From positions 567,659-631,658 of the forward strand of contig NW_005434638.1 in NCBI RefSeq assembly GCF_000315625.1: a DNA stretch of 64,000 bases, given 5' to 3'. The translations under genes and the position numbers were made by a program. This DNA is from Guillardia theta CCMP2712. Its lineage: Eukaryota > Protista > Cryptophyta. A model generated the notes under the pieces. It was not told the DNA's origin, did no database searches, and saw nothing but the letters and a program-made list of their open reading frames with translations. Below, piece by piece: positions 1 to 8,792 of the stretch (position 1 is the stretch's first letter; each line of letters starts with the position of its first letter).

Positions 1-1517
1 GCAAAGGGATTGGATCCTCTCAGAGTGTTGGTGTCAAGCGAGAGCAGCGATTGTATGTAAAACTCACAGGTTCCAGAGTTCCACTCCCCTGGAATGAGCT
101 CGTGCTGGTCGATGACAAGGTAACAGTCGGAAGTGTCAATGATGAGCTCCTGCAGCGCCACCACTCTGAAGCTCTCACCCGGGCCCACCTTTAGATCGGA
201 GCACTGGCAGACTACCTGGCCTACCGCGGAGGTGAAGGTGTTGGTGGGACAAGGGGTGCAGGCCCCGTCTCCCTCCAATGATTTGTAGAAGGAGAGAGGG
301 CATGGCTTGCAGACCCCGGAGTCTCGGTAGTTGCCCGGGGAGCAGACGCAAGAGGACGGGTCCGTGGCTCCTGCGAAAGAAGTTGTAGAGTTTATCCCGC
401 AGGCCTTACACTCTAGCCCGTCCTTGTAGTATCCCTTGTCGCAAAGACAGTCGTCGATGCTGTAGGGCTTGATGTCGAAGTGGCTGTTCGCCGGGCAAGG
501 GTATGCGCAGGGGACACACTGCCCTCCCTCCTCGCACTGCTGGCAGGAGCAGTCGTTGACGCTGGTGGACTTGGCGGGTGAAGCCTTGTTTGACGGGCAC
601 ATCTGGCACTCGCCGTTGGGATCCATGTACCAGTTCGCTACACAGTAGCATGTTCTTGAATTGATATCAGAAGTCATGTGCCTACCACAGGGCCTACAGT
701 CTAGGAACCCATTGAAATCGACGGTTCCTGCCATGCAGACACAGCCAAAGGTAGATCCTTGCAAAGGAACCAAATTGCCTGCGCAGGCTCTTGGGAAGGT
801 GTCAAAGAACTCAGGGTATGGGTTGTAACAGACACCCTCGAATTCGAACTTATTGTCCTCACACCTGCACTTGATCGAGCCATAGTCGTTGGTGAATAGA
901 CCGGTGCCACATTGGGTGCAAGAGCCGAAGCCGTCATAGTCCTTGTAGTAACCCGGCTTGCAAGGGTTGCAGTCGGATGTTGTAAACCCCTCGTATCCCA
1001 TTGGACAGCCACAGTCGTCGTAGCCCATGGTCTGTGGGTTGTAGGCCATGCCGTACCTTGACGGGCATATGCATTGATCTGAGGATACGCTACCCCTGGA
1101 TGATACCATGTTTGCTGGGCAAGGGGTGCAAGGCCGGTTTCCTCTCTCGGACTTGTAGTGGTTCTCGGGGCATATGAGGCATATGTTGCCATCCTTGCCG
1201 TAGAACCCTGGCTTACACTTGCAATCGAGGAAGTGGCCGCCTCGATCAGGGTTGTGGAGTTTTGAGAGCATGATATGCATTGTGTGGATCCAATGATATC
1301 CTTGTAAGTCCCAAAGCCGCAGGCACTACATGACAGGCCATCTCCAGTATATCCCTTGTTGCACTTGCAGTTGGATGCCCCTATGCTAAGGGCGGAGGAT
1401 TGGGCGTTGACGTCGCAGCTCTTGCACTTTAGATCGGTGTCTTGGTACTGCCCGGCGTTGCAGGGGAGGCAGAGGTCTGTGTAGGTCTCATAGCCCGCAA
1501 GACACTGGCAGTGTCAC
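1..1517 (-). pseudogene. Cys-rich repeat surface protein (ephrin-receptor-like/GCC2-GCC3/TNFR-type repeats), 5'-truncated and frameshifted; runs off the window edge
   Basis: Manual minus-strand translation: HCQCLAGYETYTDLCLPCNAGQYQD...CKCNKGYTGDGLSCSACGFGTYKD..., one frameshift near 1240, then an open frame to position 1 (DCKCKPGFYGKDGNICLICPENHYKS...CVCSPGNYRDSGVCKPCPLSFYKS...CTPCPTNTFT). An in-frame TGA sits immediately upstream (~1520), with no ATG or signal peptide. No introns. Confidence 0.75.
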
Positions 1518-2405
1518 TCAGTTCAAAGTGATCGTCCCCCATCTTCAACAGCACGTACATGATCGCATTGTTGACAATCGACATCCTCTCCTTGTTCCTG
1601 CAAGCGTGACTGAAGACGCTCAATTCCTTGCTCGAGGGATGAAGTGGGTTGTCGAAAGGGAACTGCACACGGTGGGTTCCTGGGTTCCTTTCCAAGAAAG
1701 CCTTCTTCTCCTTGCGAAACTTGATCTCCTCCTCGGAAAGATGGCTGTTCTTGCCCTTGGACTGCTTCTTGGTGGATTTCACCTCTTCATCATCAGACTT
1801 TTCATCATCAGACTTTTCATCATCAGACTTTTCATCATCAGACTTTTCATCATCAGACTAGCCTCTTCACCATCAGCCTCTTCACCATCAGCCTCTTCAC
1901 CATCAGCCTCTCACCATCAGGCTTTTCACACCAGGCCGCAAATATCTGCACCCATCTTTGACGGGTGACCAGAGTCTGCTCCTCCTTCTTAGCCTCAAGG
2001 AAGCTGACCTTGGGCATCCCAGGCTTGCAGAAGACCTCGATGTCGGTTCCAGGGAAGTCGGCATAGATCTCGGCCACCATCTTGTCGACATTGGCAGCCT
2101 TGAACTTGTTGCAGTTCAGGATGTCCTTGAGCTTGCCAAGGTAAGACTGACCGGTAGGGGTCAGCTTCAGGGCGTCCAGGAAAGGGTCCAAGACGGGAGT
2201 CGCCTTGATAGCGACAACGCGGGTAGCACCGGTGGGAACACTGCTGTCAAAATTTTGCACACTGACATCATTGTTTTCACCAATGGTATTGATGCCATTC
2301 AGATCCTGGTCCGTATGCTTCGTTCCCAAAACATCAGAAGAGTTGTGCAAAACCGTCCTACCATGTTCAGGAGTGTCAACCCTTTTTCTTGATCTCGTCT
2401 CCATG
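1429..2405 (-). pseudogene. Intronless hypothetical gene (METRSRKRVD...), frameshifted within 15-bp acidic repeats
   Basis: ORFs 1853..2539 and 1429..1782 join if frames shift inside the repeats, giving ADGEE/SDDEK acidic units followed by KSTKKQSKGK.... No family recognised. Confidence 0.45.
1786..1921. repeat. Two abutting 15-bp tandem arrays: (gacttttcatcatca)x4-5 and (gcctcttcaccatca)x4
   Basis: Directly visible; the last unit has a 1-nt deletion (gcctctcaccatca). Confidence 0.9.
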
Positions 2406-2431
2406 ATTCCAAAAAAAGTTCCAAGGAGTAC

Positions 2432-3289
2432 GATGGAGGCTGCCTTGCAGGAAGCTGCCTTGCAGGAGGCTGCCTTGCAGGAGGCTGCCTTGCAGGAGGC
2501 TGCCTTGCAGGAGGCTGAGACAGTGACGTTTCTGGACACCAGGCTGTTTCCCAGCTTCTTAAGGGCTTATGACATCTGTGTGATCTGTGGTATGCTGCTA
2601 GAGCCCAGTGACGATAGCAGGAGCCACCGCGTGCAGACCTTCTTTCACAACCTCGAGCTTAGCTGACTGAAGACCACCTTCACCTGGGAGTGCATAAGTT
2701 CGCTGTGCAAGACCTGCCACGAGGACGAGCGGCTCAGCTCCTGCTGCAGGTGCACCAACTGGTTGAGGAGGTGCAACCGCTTCCAGACCACGGAGGAGAA
2801 GCATGTGGGTAAGAAGTCTTACCTGCCTTTGGACGAGCTCATCGCCTTCTCCTTGGCACCCGGAGAGATTTCCATCCCCGACAGCAGGAATCTGAAGAGG
2901 CTGTTCAATGTACTCATGGAAAGCAGGAAGGTAAGACTGGGATCCAACTTGCTTGTGTTCAGCAACTATACCTGAGGATGAAGATGATGATCACGAGATG
3001 GTTGAGGTCGAGGGACTTTATCATTGAGGACGGTTTCGACTTGCCCAACGGCTTGAGCATCAGGTATCACACTGTCTACAACGAGGGGAGCGGTGTCATG
3101 CTATTGGAGATTCAAGCCAGGGACCTGGTCTTCGAGCAGCGACAAGAGCTTGGCAGGCCCTGCAAGAGGAAGAGTGGCCAGCAGGATGAGTTGGAAGGAG
3201 GAGGAACTCCGTCGAATGTAGAGAGTTGGGGTGCAGGAAAGGATGCTACAATGTTGAACACTTGTTCTATGATGGAGGTTGACGAGTAG
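2432..3289 (+). pseudogene. Intronless hypothetical gene (MEAALQEAALQ...), broken by stops and frameshifts
   Basis: Successive + strand ORF pieces 2205..2666, 2763..2975 and 2978..3289 with coding-like composition; its ATG is under 30 bp from the ATG of the divergent gene. Confidence 0.35.
2435..2516 (+). repeat. 15-bp tandem repeat (gaggctgccttgcag)x5 encoding EAALQ
   Basis: Directly visible. Confidence 0.9.
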
Positions 3290-3580
3290 CAGCAGAAGAG
3301 GGACAAGGATAGCTGAGGAGATGTCGCCAAACTGAAGTCCTCCTCTTTCATGGTGGGACGCGATCGCTTTTCGTGCGGTGAAACATGCTGTAGCCCCATG
3401 ATCTCAGGACTGCCTGTTCCCCACGGGTGAGCTGAGGGTAGCTCCTACATAGCTACCTCTCCTCGAGGAAGATGTAAAGTTGTCGAGTAAAGGCGCGATC
3501 ATGTTCCAGTGGTTCTCATAATTCCATGACATACAAAACCGCCTCTTGCATGGCAGAGGACAGGACCTGTTGGGAAACAT

Positions 3581-4620
3581 CTACTTGAGGGTCCCGACGA
3601 GCTCATATTTGCCAGAGAAGAAGCTCTCCCAGTCGTTCAAGCTGCTTCCTCTTCAGCACCACCGCCAGTGAACTCAACCGCCCTCACCTTGAGATCTCGC
3701 TCGGGGTGAAGTCATCAATGGAAGGATCCTTTTCATCTGCAGCATTCCCATGAGCTTTCCGATGTGGAGATTCCTCCTTGCTTCTGCCCCCTCGTGCCTG
3801 CACTCCTTCTCCTCCTCCTCCTCCCTCCTCCTTCATCCTCCCCCTACCTCTTTCTCCTTCCTTCTTCCCTGCCCTGTCTGCGTGCTGCCGTCCCCTCGTG
3901 CCTCACGATTGTTCCCTCTTCCTTTCTCTCCTTGTACCTTCCCCCTGCCGTTCCTCCCTGCTCACCTGGCTTCACTTGTGCCTTCCCGAGCATGCGCGAT
4001 GCATCTCTACCAGCAAACGCAGCGTACGGTCCCCCAGGGCCTGTGAGATCTTTTCACGACAAGCGAGAAGGGAGCATGCGACCGACCGTAGAATCCTCCT
4101 CCCTTAGTCACGTCGTACACATTTCCCTGCAGCTGCGCTCACCGTCTGCAAGATCCATCTAGAACATGACCTTGATGCCGATGAGGATGGGCTTCAATGG
4201 GTTCTGAACCAGGGAACCGCGGAGGAGAACGTTGGCGAGTCAGAATATGTGCGAAAACGATGAGAGCATGCTGTTCTCACCGAGCCATTGTACTTGAAGA
4301 GCTCGTCCTTGGTGTACGCCTTGCCCTTCACCAAGGGCTCCAGCTGCTTCTTCTTCCTCTTGTCTCTATCGTCCTCTACCTCTTTGGGTGCTAGCCACCT
4401 ACGCACGAGCAAACCAACGGGATGAGATACGAAGGAGCGACTGATAAGGCAGGGTCACCTCGCAAGCAAGTAGATAGTGCATAGAGATATTGTCACAGTG
4501 ATCTGCCAGGAAGGTTTCATCGTGCTTGTCAAGATAAGTTCAATTGTTGAGCCTCACCTCAGAGCCCTTGATGCTTTCCCTGAAGTGATGAAAGAGGCTG
4601 ATGAAAGGCCCGAATACCAT
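3581..4620 (-). CDS. Membrane-associated progesterone receptor family (MAPR; PGRMC1/Dap1-like) cytochrome b5-like heme/steroid-binding protein, multi-exon
   Basis: Spliced by eye: N-terminal TM segment (WQITVTISLCTIYLLA), YTKDELFKYNG, NPLKPILIGIK|GNVYDVTKGGGFY|GPGGPYAAFAGRDASRMLG, DDFTPSEIS|SLNDWESFFSGKYELVGTLK*. The FYGPxGPYxxFAGRDASR and KY motifs are diagnostic of MAPR. Confidence 0.9.
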
Positions 4621-5464
4621 CTCCCTGCTCGTACAAGACTCAGCACATAGATCATGGCTCATGGAAAACTCTCTGGTGTCTCGATTGCTCTCCTTAGAAA
4701 CGATCTAGTGCGCTTTGTTTGTTAGTTTGTACCCCTCGATGGACGTGTTTTCAATGCTTGCCCTGTCCTACGTCAACAAACCTCAAAGATGACAGCAATG
4801 AGTGTACAAACATCATCTCATGCATACATACAAAAGAAAGGACTCTCCTCCAACCTCCTCAACTCTGCCTCGTTCACCCTGGCCATTCCCATCTTGCGTC
4901 CTCCTCTCGCCTTCCGACATACACTCTGAAGCTCTGAAGCAGGTATGCTTTGGACCACCCTGTGATGGACTTTGGGTATCCACCCCTCCAGTTCCAAGTC
5001 CAAATTAAAATAGGGAAAATGGGTACCCCTACCCCAATACAATATCCACCCCACCCATTCTACCCCCCCCACTCCTGATTGTCCTCGTAAATTCTACCCG
5101 ACTCTGGAATAGGTCTTGTGTCCCTTATGAAGTTATCTACCACGTAAACTTTGTCACGATGAACGGTCCGTGAAGATGTTTGCCTTGAGAAGTACAATGA
5201 GGGATTGAACGTAAGGTGGGCTTTCGGAGTTGTTGAATAGATAAGATTCCTCTTGTGAGTTATGCGGTGCCAGGAGCTTTGTTGATGAGGAAGGGATATC
5301 TGAATGGGGAAACGACATCAGTCAGATGGGATGTTGAAGTAGAAGAGCAAGGTCAAGCTTGGATGAGACGCGAAAAGATGAGGCGAACCGTGGGAAACCG
5401 TGCTACTCAAATCGTTGTATCTTGCTCTGGTTCCCCGCAACAAAATGTTAACTTGCTTGTATAT

Positions 5465-7015
5465 TCACACCAGCATCTCACGGAGAATTGGGCTGCTTAC
5501 TCTCTTGACAATCATGTTGAGGTGTGAAGGATACATCGTTATCTTCCACTCCGGCGTGACTTCGGGGGATTGAGGGTCGAGATCCAGATCGAAGTTCTGC
5601 ACAATCGTGGCCAAGGTTGCCATCATCTCCTTCTCCGCAAAGCCCCTGCCGATGCATTGCCTGGAGCCAGAGAGGAATGGAATCCAGTGAAAGGGATGTG
5701 CTTCAGGTTTGGCAGAGCTAGCTCCAAGCCATCGCTCGGGCCAGAAGTCATCCGGTCTCTCCCAGAGATCAGGATGCCTTCCGAGGACGAAGGGAGAGAG
5801 CACGATCGTAGTGCCTTCTGGGATCTTGTAACCGGACAACACTTCCTCTCGTGTTGTTATTCTGACTGTGAGAGGAGCTGTCGGGTACATCCTGAGAGTT
5901 TCTTTCATGGTGGCGAACAGGAGTGGAAACTCCTTGTCCTGAAGCTGCCTCATCGTCGGCGACTTTCCTTTGAGCTTCCGGAACAGTTCACCTCGGAGTT
6001 TCTCGCGGAATCCTGGATTCTTGGCCAGGAGGAAGAGAGCCCAGCTCAAAGCATTGCTAGTCGTTTCATGTCCTGCAAGCATGAAGGTCTGCACATTGTT
6101 TGCAAGCTCTGCATCGGTCAAGCCCTGACCCGATTTTGCTCGAGCCTTGATCATAAGGCTCAGTAGGTCGTCGTCGACAGCAACGCCAGCCTTGATCTGG
6201 GAGTGACGCTCCTGAACCACTCTCCTCACAGTACCGCGAAGAGTCTCAGTGGCTTTGTTTGCCTGAATGATGATGGGGAGTGGGAGATACTCGAGAATTG
6301 GAAACATCCGCAGAATGATTGTTCGAAGGCTCAGGCCCCCCATTGGCATGATATCCTGGAAGGCATCTCGGACCACAGATTTCCCTCCCTCAACCGACTG
6401 AAAGTCAAACCCGAAAGCCGAAAGTCCAATCACGTCCAAGGTAAGATGAGAGACCTCCTTCTTGATGTCCAGCACGAGGGGTTGCCCCTGGGGTTGAGAT
6501 GCACAGAGGTTTTCCCACTTTTTCACAAGTTTCTCAGTGACAGAAACAAAGACGGGGTAGATCTTGGTGATGGCTTCGAAGTGAAAGGCTTCGCTGATGA
6601 TTCTCCTCTGTCGAGCATGGTCATCGCCTTCAATCACCAGCAATCCTTCTCCTGCGACCCTACGGACCAGGGTGATCTCTCGAGTCGGTTTTGGGAATTG
6701 CCTGGGGTTGGTGACAAGGACATACTTCATATCCTCAGGATCGGTGATTAGCACCCTGAAATTCATTCCAAAGCTTCTGTAGCAGACAATCTTGCCGTAT
6801 TGTCGAGTCCAATTTAGCTCGCAGGAGCATGGGGAGCTGCCTCTCAAGGTACTGTACATTCCAAGGAAGAAGGAGGAGGCCTTGGGTCCCGGGATGGGAT
6901 TGAGGATGATCGCTCTTCTTATGCACTTGTAGGCAAAGACTGAGAAGCGGAGGAGGCGGTAGCTGCCATACGCTATGGCAAGCGCGCGCACCCCTCCCCA
7001 CACAGAAACCTGCAT
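5465..7015 (-). CDS. Cytochrome P450 (CYP4/CYP72-clan-like), single exon
   Basis: 516-aa ORF with N-terminal anchor, PIPGP hinge, I-helix AGHETT, K-helix ETLR, PERW and heme-ligand motif FLSGSRQCIG. Confidence 0.95.
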   Translation of the reverse strand: MQVSVWGGVRALAIAYGSYRLLRFSVFAYKCIRRAIILNPIPGPKASSFFLGMYSTLRGSSPCSCELNWTRQYGKIVCYRSFGMNFRVLITDPEDMKYVLVTNPRQFPKPTREITLVRRVAGEGLLVIEGDDHARQRRIISEAFHFEAITKIYPVFVSVTEKLVKKWENLCASQPQGQPLVLDIKKEVSHLTLDVIGLSAFGFDFQSVEGGKSVVRDAFQDIMPMGGLSLRTIILRMFPILEYLPLPIIIQANKATETLRGTVRRVVQERHSQIKAGVAVDDDLLSLMIKARAKSGQGLTDAELANNVQTFMLAGHETTSNALSWALFLLAKNPGFREKLRGELFRKLKGKSPTMRQLQDKEFPLLFATMKETLRMYPTAPLTVRITTREEVLSGYKIPEGTTIVLSPFVLGRHPDLWERPDDFWPERWLGASSAKPEAHPFHWIPFLSGSRQCIGRGFAEKEMMATLATIVQNFDLDLDPQSPEVTPEWKITMYPSHLNMIVKRVSSPILREMLV

Positions 7016-7763
7016 TTGCGAGCACCAAGAACAGAGACCCTACCCCTACGTTGAAGAGACCAGAATGCTTGTATTGATTGATCACCCATCCTTTTCCCTA
7101 CAATGACCCCACCTTATTCCAATCAAAACATCAACGTGTACCCCTACAAATCCTAGTGACAACCCACGGCCCTGCCCAAGGCGGAAGGATGAACCTTCAC
7201 TTTTAAAAAAGCTATTTTAACTGCCCACAGTCGCAATAGTGAGTAAATGTTTAGTCAACAGCTGAGCGCTGGGCCGGTACTACGGTACTATAGTACTATG
7301 ATCGGCGCCGACAGAGTCGATGAGGGCCGAGAAGCCTTGAAGCCTTCACTGAAGCCGGCGGCCCGCCCGCGCCGCTGCCCGGCCCAGTCCGATCGGAACC
7401 GTCGTAACTTAGTACGGTAACGAGTACGGCACGGTCCGATCCGGCCCGGCCGTCACTGGCCCAGGCCCTCAGGCTGCCGCCAGTCACTCAGGGCCCCGCG
7501 GCTCACCGGGCCTTGAAGCCGCGATGATGATCTACAAGTTATCAACGAATACGTAGTTTGCCCTCAGAAGCCTGAGTTCAACTTTAGATCTTTCTTCGAT
7601 CTTCAATAAACTTGAACTTTTACACAACTGAAAGAACCTCCCCATAAGGCCGGACGTTAGCGCAAGGGGTGCAGAATAAAATGTATTTGTTTTCCCTCAC
7701 AATTTCTCAAAAACGTGGCATTAGCGGTTAGGAAAATTTGAATAATATTCCGTAACGGCTATT

Positions 7764-7797
7764 TCTGGGGGAAAACAATACCTTGTTTTCCCCCAGA
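7764..7797. repeat. Perfect 15-bp-stem hairpin inside the TIR element
   Basis: tctgggggaaaacaa-tacc-ttgttttcccccaga. Confidence 0.9.
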
Positions 7798-8086
7798 TGA
7801 AGATGTTTTCCCGAGCACTGTTGTGAGCGTTACCGCCTGTTCAAATTGGACTTGAATGGAGACCGTGAAAAAAAACTTGCCACCGGGCCTCGATACGCCG
7901 CTAATGCCACGTTCTTTTACTCAAAGTTAAGTTAAAAATCAGTACGAGGACAATCAGGAGAGTCGAGGAGGCTTGACCGGGCCGCTGACACTGTCGCACA
8001 GGCCAAACGGCGAGAAGAGAAAAGACAGCGAGAACCAAACCCAATCCTGCCGACTGCTGTCCCCCAAACTTAACTGATACCTTCAC

Positions 8087-8510
8087 TTAACGGCGCGCAG
8101 GACAAGTCCCCCGCGCGGCCATGCCAGCGATGTCGCGGTGGCCGCCGCCGAAGGAATGAGACGCATACCGGGATGCACCCGCGATGATGGCAGCGTAGGA
8201 CAGGGAGGCCTTGAGCTGACGGAAGATCCTGGACCGAATGCGTTTGCAAGTCGGATCACTCGGCTCACCTGAGACGTCTTGCGAGGCCGAGAGACCATCC
8301 AGCGCTGCCGTTTCCTTGTTCCGAAGTTCGCCGAGCGATCCGCCAGCCACCACAGAAAGCGCAACGCATCGTCCTGCAAGAGGCCATCAGTGCTGGCGAT
8401 GATGGGAAGAAAGGCCTTTGGCGGGACGTGCTGAGCATATGCATTACGATGCCCTCGGATCTTCCGCTGTGCTGCCGCTTGAAGTTTGCTCTCGGAGCGA
8501 GGTCCGGTAT
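8087..8510 (-). pseudogene. Fragment resembling the C-terminal restriction-like endonuclease (RLE) region of a CRE/R2-type non-LTR retrotransposon
   Basis: ESKLQAAAQRKIRGHRNAYAQHVPPKAFLPIIASTDGLLQDDALRFLWWLA, then a frameshift, then KRIRSRIFRQLKASLSYAAIIAGASR. Recognised from memory of the A..K...Y....F.P...ST.G.....A.RFL..LA tail pattern. Confidence 0.55.
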
Positions 8511-8792
8511 TCCATCATTGTCAGCCACGTTCTATTGTACACAGCGATTTTGAATGCCCGTGCAAAACAACCTAAATTTACCCCTTGCGCTAACGTCCGG
8601 CCTTAGTGAACCCGGCCCGGGCCTAAACTATCCAACTCCCGAAACTTTGCGCCGAACTTAAACTTCTTACTTCAAATCTAAAGCGATCTAAAGTCGCTTT
8701 CATTACTCTGAGGCGCGCCCACAACCTACCCCCTAAATGGAACAAGGTTGAAGATTTTTCAAATTTCATCAGGATTTTTGCAAAAATATTAA

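Larger units (their letters stand above)
7647..8603. mobile_element. Non-autonomous TIR DNA transposon (MITE-like, ~957 bp) flanked by TA
   Basis: taaggccggacgttagcgcaaggggt (7645-7670) is the exact reverse complement of accccttgcgctaacgtccggcctta (8580-8605), i.e. a 24-bp TIR plus TA on each side. Imperfect similarity extends inward; TGTTTTCC recurs subterminally. Confidence 0.8.

Noticed and set aside
701-1192. 163-aa Thr-rich ORF
   Set aside because: Out-of-frame continuation of the Cys-rich gene after its frameshift.
1786-2516. CRISPR-like array
   Set aside because: Contiguous 15-bp units without spacers, in a eukaryotic context.
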